Source of the DNA: Octopus sinensis
Lineage: Eukaryota
Reading direction: 5' to 3'
Length of the DNA: 64,000 bases
Assembly: GCF_006345805.1 (NCBI RefSeq)
Contig: NC_042999.1
Coordinates: forward strand, 7,936,001-8,000,000
Shown here piece after piece: positions 12,063 through 24,245 of the stretch. The position numbers were made by a program, and so were the translations under genes. How positions within the stretch are numbered: position 1 is the first letter of the stretch; each line of letters begins with the position of its first letter. A model generated the notes under the pieces. The model was not told the origin of the DNA. It did not search any database and saw only the letters and a program-made list of their open reading frames with translations.

Positions 12063-12325
12063 TTCAATGTGTGTATAAAGTATATGGAGTGATGTACAAA
12101 TGTCTGGGAAGTGAACAGTGTATGAGTCAGATACATGCTTGTGTGTGTATGGAGGGGAGGAAATCAGGTGTAGTGTTGGCGAATCTCAGGAAGCATGGAA
12201 GTTTTGAAGGATGCAGTGCTCCGACAACTAACAACTGATGCTGGCAGTTTGTTCCATGCTTCAGCAACTCTTAGTGTGAAAAAATGTTTCCGAAAGTCAT
12301 ATGCCATGCTAATAAGAAACACGTG

Positions 12326-12613
12326 CACTGGTTCTATTTCACTTCATTTAGTACATTAGTAGTTAACTAGTAAACGATTCAGCCAATAAGCTAATTAATT
12401 GTTTGGTTAATGAATCAATCAATTGATGAGTTAGATTCATCTGAGACAGACCTGGAGCAGTGAGGGCATGTCATTGATGAGGTCATGAACAGTGATTTTA
12501 ATGAACCTATCTGATTGATTGACTAAACAATTAATCAAAGAATCGATCAGTTAATTATTTAAATGGTTAATTAATTGACTAATTATAATAAAAGAGATGA
12601 AACAGAACCAGTG
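12326..12613. repeat. Degenerate foldback / MITE-like element
   Basis: Starts cactggttctatttca, ends tgaaacagaaccagtg; inner arms ttaattgtttggttaatgaatca / tgattgattgactaaacaattaa. Confidence 0.5.
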
Positions 12614-13242
12614 ACCAGGCTATAGTACTTGTCTTTACATATAATGAAGCTGAAGTTCTCCAACCGCAGCCAATCAATTTTTACTAAAATCTCACCGATT
12701 CAAGTCCCGTGCAACACTAAGCTGATAACGATGTCCTTGAATGGCAGTCGGACAGTTGTCTGTCTAAAAAAGTAATCCAGAGTTGAAGTTTATCAACAGC
12801 AGACAACAGTGATTAATATGAAACGACTGTTCAGACTGTAATTGACTTTGGTGTAACGAGATTAAACAAAAGAGAAAAGAATCGAATAAGACTTGAGTGT
12901 GTAGCTTCTATACACACAACGACCAACAGTCTAATATATATTTATACACGAGTGACATTAGAAAGAGTTGAAAACCTCGTCTCAATACTACCGATCAGAA
13001 TAGTTACTACTGTAGTATAATCTTATGGAATGGACCAAATAATAAAATACAATTAGCTACTAAATGACTAAACTGAAACATTTTCACTTTTAATTTGCTG
13101 CGTAAGTTTCAAATTGTTTTTTACCAATTATCTCTGCCTGAATTTGAATTTACATTATGTAAACATTTGCTTGTGCAAATGGCTTCTAATTTGTTTAGTT
13201 AACAATATTAATTATCCATGCCCCAGTTATTTAGAACAAATC

Positions 13243-13773
13243 AAAATCGAATTCCATGACTGGCATCCGTGCTAGCAGTGTGCGAAGAGCACCATACAAG
13301 GGTGATCGTTGACAGAGCGGCTAACCGGCTTCTGTGCCAATGGCACATAAAATGGCATCATTCGAGTGTGATCATTACCAGCGTCGCCTTACTGGCACTT
13401 GAGCCCATGCTAGTAGGGTGCCGAGAGCACCATTCGAGCATGATCATTGCCAGAGTACCAAACTGGCTCCGTGCCGGTGGCACGTAAAAGGGCACCATTC
13501 AAGTGAGCTCGTTACCAACGTCGCCTTACTGGCACCTGTGCCAGTGGCATGTGTAAAAAGATTCGAGCGGGGTCATTGCCAGTACCGCCTGACTGGCCCC
13601 GTGCCGGTGGCATGTAAAAAGCACCCATTACACTCTCGGAGTGGTTGGCATTAGGAAGGGTATCCAGCTGTAGAAATTCTGCCAGATCAAGATTGGGGCC
13701 TGGTGCGGCCGTCTGGTTCGCTAGCCCTCAGCTAAATCGTCCAACTCATGCTAGCATGGAAAGCAGACGTTAA

Positions 13774-13800
<27 letters not shown>
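13243..13800 (+). mobile_element. Repeat C with about five tandem subrepeats
   Basis: Repeated gtgccrgtggcacrtaaaa..gcaccattcgagygtg modules, conserved body, (gat)n tail. Confidence 0.9.
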
Positions 13801-13805
<5 letters not shown>

Positions 13806-14325
13806 ATGATTTAACATTGAAATCACTTTCCACCATATTGGTGGCGGCAGGCTGTAAAACTGCTTCTGCTTCGTTCTGATGGTGCTGGGTTTGTTGCCCA
13901 CCCTGCCAAATCCACTGTGGTATGATTACTTTTATCAAGAAAGTTAGTTCTTAGTCGCTTCTGGAAATGTCTAGGACAATTTTGTAAGTGGTTGTATATT
14001 AAAATGTTCCTGCATCCATTTTCAATCTCTGACATTTAGCTGTTTTGAAATGTTAGACAGAACACTTGAAGCCATCCCTCTGTTTCAAAGGCCACGTAAC
14101 CTTCCTCTTCAATTCAAATGAATACCAGAATCCTGATTCTGTCAAGTGTTTTGTTTTATTCAGGCCATTCTTACTGCCAAATCTATCACAATTTACTGAA
14201 CAACTATTCAAATTGTATCTAGGTATTTCTATCTCTCCACAAAAATATATCTTGGTCTTTCATCACAAGACAAAATATATTTTCATTTTTCTTCCTCTCA
14301 TATCACAAACATTGCAATAATAATA

Positions 14326-14565
14326 ATGAAATTACTGTCTACAGTGCTCAGGTGCACCACAACTTGTCAAAAGTGCATATAAAGCATATGCAGTAATGTA
14401 CAAATGTCTGGAAAGTGAACAATGTATGAGTCAGATACTTGCTTGTGTGTGTATGGAGGGGAGAAAATCAGGTGTAGTGTTGGCGAATCTCAGGAAGCAT
14501 GGAAGTTTTGAAGGATGCAGTGCTCCGACTACTAACAACTGATGCCGGCAGTTTGTTCCATGTAC
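14326..14565 (-). mobile_element. CR1-type LINE 3' end
   Basis: Uninterrupted equivalent of the 11378-12300 copy. Confidence 0.8.
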
Positions 14566-14644
14566 TTCCGTTACACATCTGCATGTTCTAACATGGCACA
14601 AAACATATTTAGATGCTTGTTTTTTGTCTCCATACCAAATAAAA

Positions 14645-14715
14645 CCTAGTTAACAACAAAGAAGATGAGGACAAATATCTGTCGAATGTAAATAATGTAA
14701 ATAACGTAAATAATT
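14645..14715 (+). mobile_element. 3' tail fragment of the hammerhead-bearing element (see 47955, 50934)
   Basis: taacaacaaagaagatgaggacaaatatctgtcgaatgtaaataatgtaaataa. Confidence 0.7.
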
Positions 14716-16290
14716 ATCTCTAGTTTTCAATATCAAAAGAAAATCACTTGACACATTGACTACTGCTGTTAAATAAAATCTAGGTGTATCTCAAAGTGTG
14801 TCTTGTTTTCCCCATCTAAATTGTCTTTTGATTTACTTATCAAAGTACAAATATTTTTAAACAAAGAACTCTATTCTCTGCTTTTGCAAAAGCCATATGC
14901 AATAAAGTGTTTTGAATTCCTTTAATACTTTGGCTAAATTCTACCTACAGAGGAATGAAGCACATTTCGTTTATTTGTCGATGTGGAGCTACGCGCTCGT
15001 AATACCGAGTCCTTTAATGTTCAGAGACATTCTTTGTGTCAATTCATACTTTTGTCATCCACAAAAATGACCTTTTCCATTTCCCTTCGAATAATCACAA
15101 TATCCGCTTCTTTCATCTCCTTCTGCGCTTTAATACAACTTGGACTGGATATGTTCCAATTCCGCACTGTTCCAGTTTGGCACGGTTTCCATTGTGTTCG
15201 GAACACCAGCAGTTACCTGTTCTCTGAACATTTATCGTTGCTGCCGACAGATTTTCTACGCACTTAACATTTTACTCTCTTAGTTTGTTTCTTTACAAAC
15301 ATTGGAGTTTGTTACCGCTGTTTGACAAAAGGAAAATGTCACTAAAGAAAAATGAGTCGAAGCAAATAAAAATATTTCGAAAGCCTTATATACTTACTTA
15401 GTAATTTGACATGCTGAGTTCAGTGAACAAAACTAAGAATACTACAATTTTCTGCCTTAAAGCAGTATTATCCAAAAACAGATCGCTGCTATTGGTTTCT
15501 TTTGTTTAACGATAATACTTTCCTTTGAACAGAAGTAGTGGTAATAATAATAATAATAATAATGATGATGGTGATGATGATGAAGATGATGATGATCATG
15601 ACGCCGATAAGAATGATATTGATTAGACAAAGTTCTTTCTTTCTCTAGAAGCAGTGATCTAGGTGATCGAGTCATGAGAACTTATTTTGTCATCCATCCT
15701 TGATCAGATGAAAGACATACTTTGACACACGTAGGATTTCAGATCAGAGACACATCAAAACAATATCCATTTTTTTAATTTTGTTTTGCCTACAATTTAG
15801 CGCAAACCATTTATGAATGATAAGGTTTCCAGTATCTCTCAGCAGCAAGAAAACCCCCATTCAAGTACAATTATATTGGGAAGACAATTGAGTTCTGTTG
15901 TTAAATTTGCTCATTGTCTTTTCTTTTAACAGTAGAATAATAATGATAATAATAATAATAATAATAATATAATAATAATAATAATGATGATGATAATGAT
16001 AATAATGACGATAATAACAACAACAATGATGATGATGATGATGATAATAATAATGATAATAATAGGATGTTTATTTGTTTCGTGAAAGTATTGGTGGTGA
16101 AATTTCAAAGGAATGTCTTTAGGAAAAGAAACGGAATTGTGAGGATTTCGTCTCTTTATTGCATGCATTGCACTCAATAAGGATTCCTAAATTAGACAGA
16201 AATATGTATAAGAAGATCGTTGTATAATGTTCTAATGCTTCTATGGTGTGTTATTCACTCACTTATTGACTCAGCTCAGTGAGAACTTAC

Positions 16291-16311
16291 CACATTTACG
16301 ACACCCGAAAG
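16291..16311 (-). other. Candidate 21-nt microexon (LSGVVNV in phase 0, or FGCRKC in phase 1)
   Basis: ttcttgttattatttag|CTTTCGGGTGTCGTAAATGTG|gtaagt; splice signals only. Confidence 0.25.
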
Positions 16312-16317
16312 CTAAAT

Positions 16318-16599
16318 AATAACAAGAACAACAACAACAGCATCCAAGAGTGAAAACACCACCACAACTGCCGCCGCCACCACCACCAACAACAACAACA
16401 AAAACAACAGCATCCGACAACAACAACAATAACAACACCACCACCACCACCAACAACAACTATAGCATTCAAGAACAACTATCACAACACCAACAACAAC
16501 AACAACAACACCACTGCCACCACCACAACCACCACCACCACCAACAACAACAACAGCAACAGTAACAACATCACTGCCACCACCATAACCACCACCACC

Positions 16600-16645
<46 letters not shown>

Positions 16646-16700
16646 GCAACAACAACAGCAACAACACTACTGCCACCGCCACCAACAACAACAATCCCTT
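16318..16700. repeat. (CAA/CCA/CAG)n trinucleotide array
   Basis: Direct inspection. Confidence 0.95.
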
Positions 16701-16724
16701 TCATTATAAAAACAAAGCCTGAAA

Positions 16725-16915
16725 TTTGTGGGGAGGGGGTTAGTCAATTACATCGACCCTAGTATGTGACTGATACTTATTTCATTGACACCCCCCCTCC
16801 CAGAATGATGAAAAGCAAAGTTGACCTCGGTGGAATTTGAACTCAGAACACAAAGGCAGATGAAATGCTGTAAAGCTTTTTGTCAGGTGTGTTAATGATT
16901 CTGTCCGGTTTGCCC
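16725..16915 (-). mobile_element. SINE-B, short-tail subfamily
   Basis: Reverse complement of ttctgagttcaaattccaccgaggtcaac...tcgatgtaat. Confidence 0.8.
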
Positions 16916-16925
16916 CCTCCTCCTC

Positions 16926-17312
16926 CTCTTCATGGATGATTTGAAACTGTATGGCAAAGATGAGACACAAGTGAGTTCCTCGCTGAACACGGTCCACTGT
17001 TTTCGTACTGATATTAGAATGGAATTTGGACTTAAGAAGTGCAAAATAATCTACCTAAAAAGAAGCAAGGTACTGTCCCTTGCAGGGATAGAATTACTGA
17101 ATAGAGACTTGATTAAGCAAATTGAAACAAAAGGATACAAATACCTTGGTGTACAAGAGTGCAATGAGATATGAAAGAGCAACTGAGGAAGGAATATTTC
17201 CAAAGACTGAGGTTGGTGCTGCGCTCAAAATTGCCTGGATGGAATAAAATCCAAGCAGTTATTATGTGGGCGATAGCATCACTTTGGTGTACTTATCCAG
17301 AGTATTATTATT

Positions 17313-17346
<34 letters not shown>

Positions 17347-17830
17347 GGATTTTATGATTCAGTGTGACCATGAGACAAAGAATAGGAAGCCGGATACAGT
17401 TGTAATTGAGAAAGAAAGCAAATTATGCTAGATCATAGATATAGCAAGCCCAGCTGATAACAAGGTATGCGATAAGGAAGAAAGAAAAGTCGAGAGATAT
17501 GACAAGTTAGCTTGGGAAGTGAAGCAGTTGTGGTTGAGGAAAACTGTAGCATTAGTACCAATAATTGTCGGAGCCCTGGGAACAGTGAGTCAAAATCTTG
17601 AGAAGTACGTGGAACAAATAGGGGCTGCAAAAAGGGTGGAGCACTTGTAGAAAACAGCACTGCTTGGAACTGCTCGAATACTCCGGGAGGTGCTCGAAAA
17701 ATAAGAGGTGTTACCTTAGTTCACTGGTAGTGAACAGCTGACACTGTAGTACATCTCCAGCGTTAGAAGCTGTGCAAAGGCAATAATAACAATTATAATG
17801 ACAATAATAATAATAATAATAATGATAATA
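16926..17830 (+). mobile_element. R4/Dong-like non-LTR retrotransposon relic (RT C-terminus, REL endonuclease, 3' UTR, (TAA)n tail)
   Basis: FMDDLKLYGK...MEFGLKKC...YKYLGV; KEQLRKEYFQRLRLVLRSKL; KPDTVVIEKESKLC*IIDIASPAD...VPIIVGALGTV...KTALLGTARILREVLEK*; frameshifts and stops present. Confidence 0.85.
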
Positions 17831-18363
17831 AATGCCCTGATGCAGTACCAGGCAGTGGCTCTCATGGTTTCTGATCTTAACTGATTGGAAGTGTCATCAT
17901 GTACATTGTTTTGTCTTGGTATAAAAGATGGGCTACAGATTTGCTTGTCAGTTGTTTGACCTTAACCAGTTGAGCATGTCCCTTAGTGGCTGACGATATG
18001 TGCATCTCTGATCACGAGCAGAAGTTGTGGGGGAGCATCATAGCCATGTGTTGAGAGGAATTCTTTGGAGTTAGAGTAATTCACCTCTGGAAACATAGGT
18101 GTTTCGTTCAACATCCCAAAGCAACCCTTATTCAGGGACCTTTTGAGCGGGATGGGTTACTCGACCAGAAGAAAATTCTAGCTGGGCCTCACCTGCAAGG
18201 TCATGTGCTGTTTATTGTGATATGAGATCACCATGTCGCGCACATATGGTTGTGATGCATGTGCCTAGTGTACCCTTATCAGACGGGTAGTCATGATGGG
18301 TATATTGGGCTTCGTATATTTTACCCCAGTGTCACTTTGATGGCATGCACTGCTCTCTCACTC
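17831..18363 (+). mobile_element. ~530-bp non-coding element embedded in (TAA)n
   Basis: Near-identical inverted copy at 34296-34852; (taa)n-type tracts on both sides. Confidence 0.85.
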
Positions 18364-18390
18364 AATAATAATAATAATAATAACAATAAC

Positions 18391-18428
<38 letters not shown>

Positions 18429-18706
18429 TAATAATAATAATAATATCAATAATAATAACAGTACCAACAGCAACAACAACACAACAAAAAGTATAATAAT
18501 AATAATAATGTGAGTTATTTCAAATTACTGTTTTCAACTGAAATAAAACATTAGTGTTTTGGAGGTTAAACGATCTTCTGTGTTTATTAGGAACTTGTTT
18601 TGTCTGACAGGTTTTTGGCCTTTTAGTGATTCCGGGAGACAAATGATGTCCATGTTTAACATTTTTACATAACTGTTACATTAAACAATTGCATAGAGAA
18701 TTCAGC

Positions 18707-18762
<56 letters not shown>

Positions 18763-19034
18763 AACACACATGGAAACTTGATAATTGGTTTTGATGGACA
18801 ATTACCATTAGAATTTAGAAATAATGTTTGTTTCTGTTCCACGGCTACTTTTAGTCCTGTTATGAGTTCTTGCTTTGCATGTGAAATAATTTTAAAAGTA
18901 TTCAGCGTGGACATTCTGTTAACAATTAAGAATTTTATCTATTTATTTGATTTTGTTATTTAAACAAGAGATCCTCATGGTAATTTGAATAACATACATT
19001 GATATTTTATTTTTATTTTCCTTTTATATATATA

Positions 19035-19550
19035 TATCTATATTTGTGAAATAGTTGTGTATGGTTGTGTGGTGAAGATGTTTGCTTCCCAAATATATGG
19101 TTTCAGGTTCAGCTCCACTGCATGGCACTATGACAAGTATCTTTTACTACAGCCCTTGGCTGTCCCAAAGTCCTTGTGAGTTGATTTAGTAGACAGAAAC
19201 TGAAACAAGCACGTCATATATATATATCATCATCATCATCGTTTAACGTCTGTTTTCCATGCTAGCCCGGGTTGGATGGTTCGGCCGGGGTCTGGGAAGC
19301 CAGGGGCTGCACCAGGCTCCAATCTGATCTGGCAGAGTTTCTACAGCTGGATGCCCTTCCTAACGCCAACCACTCCGCGAGTGTAGTGGGTGCTTTTTAC
19401 GTGCCACTAATTTAATCCCTGGATTATCCTGTTGAATCGTCCAACCTGTGCTATCAGGGAAGATCATCGTCATCATCATTTAACATCTGCTTCCCATGCT
19501 GGCATGGGTTGGACGGTTTGACCGAAAACTGGTGAACTGGGGGAGTTGCA
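19035..19550. mobile_element. Cluster: SINE-A 5' half (+) and two Repeat C 3' ends (-)
   Basis: Similarity to the family sequences above. Confidence 0.75.
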
Positions 19551-20408
19551 CCGGATATTAAAAGATGAAGATGGTGATATGTATTTACGAGGTATGGCTG
19601 AGTGGGAAGAAGTCTGCTTCTCAACCATATGGTTCCAGGTTAAGAAATTTTATATGGAACTCCAAGGGTCATGTGAACCCAGGATGAGAATCACTGACCT
19701 AAGCATTCCGGTAACCAATCAACAACCTCATTTACAACGAAAAAGGAAACAAAATAAAAAGTAACAAAAATAACAATAACAAAACAAATCTGTTGAGTAT
19801 TGCATTGAATATTCAAATTCGAATGTAATGAACATAAAACATAAATTTCGTTGGGGGTTTATGGTAAGTCGGAAGAGTAAATTCTGCCAAACTTTAATGT
19901 TATATAGCTTCCAGTTATGCAGCATTGGTGTGTAATTACAATTTCTTGAACTGATGCCAAACACTTCAACAATGCCTGACTAGAATTCAATCTATTTTAC
20001 CAATTTTCATTGATTGGCAGCATCTATTAATGCTGAGTCATAGAGTCAGAAGTTCATAATTAGTTCTGCAGAGTACAGCCTGCACTTGGCATGGGACGGG
20101 CGTGGGATTTGAACTTTTCATCTTTCACCTTATCCTACTGATGCGCAAGAAATCCCTCGTGTCTGTTTGACCCTCACCGCTGCTTGGCAACCAGTGTTGG
20201 TGTGTTTACATCCATGTAACTTAGCGGTTTGGCAAAAGAGGCAGATAGAATATGCACCAGGCTTAATAAAAAGATAAGTCCTGGGGGTGGGGGTGAGGGT
20301 GGGGATTCACGCAACTAAAAGTTCTTCAAGGCATTGCCCCAGCATGGCCACAGTTAAGTGACGGAAACAAATAAAAGATAAATGATACATACACACACAC
20401 ACACATAC

Positions 20409-20460
<52 letters not shown>

Positions 20461-20601
20461 GTATGTATGTATATATATTGTGTCTGGGGAGAGTCATTCT
20501 ATTTTAGTGTCTTAATTGATACACTCGCTTGTTCGATTTCCACACATTTACTTATTTTTTTCTAAACATTTTGTTGCTTCTTCTAAAATTTTCTTTATAT
20601 A

Positions 20602-20643
<42 letters not shown>

Positions 20644-20644
20644 T

Positions 20645-20703
<59 letters not shown>

Positions 20704-21343
20704 TGAAATAGAAAGATGAATAATCTTGTTGCAGATTAATCAAAAGTTTGGCCATGGCTCTTAGGAGCCTAGTTCGCTTTGTTTTGCTCCGCCTCTGTTC
20801 TGTTTTTGTTTTTTCCAACGGATTTCCTATTTCTTCCTGAAGAGAAAGACACAATATGGTCTCATTATTCAATCGGAATTTGGTAAATTGTGCCTTTCGA
20901 AACACATGTAGAATGAAATAAAACGATTTCTGTTCAATCTTCTTTCAACTCCATTTCTTCAATCCACTATATATATATATATATATATATACATACATAC
21001 ATACATACATATATATATATATGTATATATATACATACATATATATATATATTTACAAATACAAATTTTTAACAATCCAGCCGTCCTTTCACATGGAATT
21101 TCATCTTTGTCTAAAGCCAAGACCCTGAAGTGACTTTGTATATAATGGAACTGTGATTGTGAATATCAGAAAAAATTTATATTAGTCGAAACAATTTGTT
21201 GGCTTTTTACGGTTTTTAAAATTATTTATGCTATATAATATTATGTTATATCATGCACTATATTCATAGTTGTTAATGTAATATTGTAATATGAATAAAT
21301 TATTCAATTGTCAATTGAATATCACTATATTTAATTTATCTTC

Positions 21344-21389
<46 letters not shown>

Positions 21390-21390
21390 C

Positions 21391-21495
<105 letters not shown>

Positions 21496-22019
21496 TTATA
21501 CATATATATGTGTGTGTATATATATATATCTTTTATCACACACACATGTAGACATACATGTAGCGATAGAGATGTCACTTAAGTATTTAAATGCTGAACA
21601 TTATTAAAATGCTAAAGTGGACTTTTTGAATTCTGCTGAAATCAGATGTCTACAGGAATATCTATTATCTGTTTAAATATAGATAAACGGTTCAATGGGA
21701 AAGTATTTCTTGTGATCAAGAAGACAGAACGTCATTAAAGACAGGAATGGTTTATACTTCAATCTTTTATCAATTGAGCCAAATGAGTTTAAATTATTCC
21801 ATTTAATATTGGAAATTAGTTCGTTAGATGTGGAACAATAGAAGATACATGAAGAGAACCAAGAGACATGAAAGTCTTGGAAATATTACGTGCTTCTTTT
21901 GGCAGATAATTGTAATGCAAAGAAGATGAAGATGTTTATGGAATTTAAGAGGGAAAGATCTAATCTTAGCCAAATCTGAGGAGGGTAGCTGTGCAGGGGG
22001 GGAACAAACAGGGAAATTT

Positions 22020-22800
22020 CCAGAATGTTCAACTCAGTCATCATCATCGTCATCATCACCATCAATTAATGCTTGTTTTCCATTCTGGCAGGGGTTAGTT
22101 GGTTTGACAGGAACTGGTAGGGCCAGGAGTTTCACCAGACTCCAGTGTCTGTTTTGGCTTAGATTCTATGGCTGGATGCCCTTCCTAATGCCAACCACTT
22201 TACAGAGTATACTGGGTGCTTTTCAGGTGGCACCGGAACCACTACTTTTTATGTGGCACCAGTAAATTGGAAAGTCTATTATTAAACCCATGGAAAAGGG
22301 GACAGTAAAGTGATGATGATGGCAATTACTAAGAATTTAGTCTCTAGTTGTTATTAAGTTTCCATATGTGTGTCTCCAGCAGAGATTGAACTTCCTAATG
22401 GCAACCACTCTGAGAGTGTAGTGGGTGCTTTTCTATGTGCTGCCAGCATGAGGGCCAGTCAGGTGGAATTGGCATTGACTATGTTCGAATGATGCTTTTT
22501 ATATGTCACTGGCATGGGAGCCAGTCAGGTAGCACTGACATTGACCACATTTGAATGGTACTTTTTACATGCCAGTAACATGGGTGCCAGTCAGATGGTA
22601 CTGGTATCAGCCATAACAATGATTTCACTTGACTCAACAGGTCTTTTCTAGGACAGCATATTGCCCAACAATTGAAGGGAACTTTTCAATGGGTCAGTTA
22701 TGCAACACTGACATAGGCCAAGGCTACGATCTCACTTGGCTTGCCGAGTCTCTTCAAGCACAGCATATCTCCAAAGGTCTCAGTCTCTATAAACCAATAT
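22020..22800 (-). mobile_element. Repeat C, long decayed variant
   Basis: gatgcccttcctaatgccaaccac...gggtgcttt; upstream modules cttgactcaacaggtctt and gcatatctccaaaggtctc. Confidence 0.7.
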
Positions 22801-22927
22801 ATTGCAGCCAGCTTCCATGCCAGTGGCACATAAAAGGCACCATTCGAGTGTGAACCCAGAACCATGTTGTTGGTAAGCAAGCTACTTACCACACAGCCCC
22901 CTCCTGCGCCTGTTAAAGTGATATAAG

Positions 22928-23075
22928 TTAAAACCTTCCATGAAAATTTGATTTTAATTTATGCCCAAACACCAGATTAATTACAGCAAAATTTATTTTA
23001 CTAAATTATTATTTTCAAACTTAATTGAAATGAAGGCAGTAAATTTCAACAGAAATATGGTAACGGAAAGGTTAA
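22928..23075. mobile_element. TTAA-ended MITE, same family as 1976-2305
   Basis: Ends agaaatatggtaacggaaaggttaa. Confidence 0.6.
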
Positions 23076-23467
23076 TAGTTGATGCTTCCAGCTGAAGAAA
23101 GATAAGAATGGAATAAGCGTAGTTCATGGATGAATAACAAGAGACTGTTTCATTCATTAGCTTACAGGTAATGAGCAAAATCCTATAATACACCTGAACA
23201 TGCTCTTATCCTGGATTATTATTTTAATCAATAAATCCACCCTGCGACTCTTAAAGCTCTGTAGATTCTGCTTTCTTGTCTCTGTCTTTATTTTCACACT
23301 CATTTTCGAACCAGAATTCCTTTTCAAAGATACTGTCTGGATTCCTGTAATATATACATTTTAAAACTCCTCAGAACAAACTCCATAAAACTGATTTATA
23401 TCGCTTGAAAGATCTAAAGTAAAACAAAAATTATATGTTCTCATTGACCTTAATGAGAAACGACTTT

Positions 23468-23630
<163 letters not shown>

Positions 23631-24049
23631 TATTTTATTAAACCACAAATCAAACATCTCTCGTAAGTATCTATCTATATATTTTACTGTTTTATCTCTC
23701 AATTTAATTACCAATGTGTGTCGGTCTGTTCTTTGTCCTTTCTTCATCCACTACTTGCATAAGTTTATGTGTGTATATAAATGTGTGTGTATAAGTGTGT
23801 GTGTATGCATGTGCATAGGAGTGTATATGGAATGTAAATATGTGTAATTGTATAAACTTTTCAAGTTTGGACAAGAAATCGAGGTATGTGTGTGGCTGTT
23901 GATAGATGTAGTCTTTGTGTTGGCATCGGGGCTGGTGTTGGTTTCAGTAAGTCAATCGTTGTGGTTTGTATTATTGGTGGACTCTACTAATTGATTGGTT
24001 TGCCTTGGCCAACTCTGACTAGTCATTGATTTAAACTATTGATTCTCAT

Positions 24050-24245
24050 GGCAATAACCAACAATAATAAATGCCTTTAATGTTTGGCCAAATGGAACAT
24101 TCTTCTCCAATTCCTTTGGTGGGTGATGTGGTGCAATGATGCATTCTTCACCAAATGAAAATCTTGGCAAGTTTGTTTTTTTTTTGTCTTTTTTTTTTGG
24201 TATCTGTTTAGTACTGCTTCCACTTCTGACATTAATGTTCTTGGG
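24050..24245 (-). mobile_element. Possible BEL/Pao LTR-retrotransposon integrase relic
   Basis: TLMSEVEAVLNR and QRNWRRMFHLAKH resemble the BEL/Pao motifs TLxxEVEAxLNxRP and KRWRxVQHLA. Confidence 0.5.

Larger units (their letters stand above)
11378..12300 (-). mobile_element. CR1-type LINE 3' end interrupted by Repeat C and SINE-B
   Basis: Minus strand encodes DFRKHFFTLRVAEAWNKLPASVVSCRSTASFKTSMLPEIRQHYT*, similar to the CR1 ORF2 C-terminus; (att)n tail. Confidence 0.8.

Noticed and set aside
13243-13620. CRISPR-like regularly spaced repeats
   Set aside because: Degenerate internal modules of a eukaryotic retroposon; spacers are homologous to each other and there are no cas genes.
14983-15267. 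94-aa plus-strand ORF with a hydrophobic stretch, and overlapping open minus frames (a GNCWC motif; KAQKEMKEADIVIIRREMEK)
   Set aside because: No consistent start or splice context and no recognised family.
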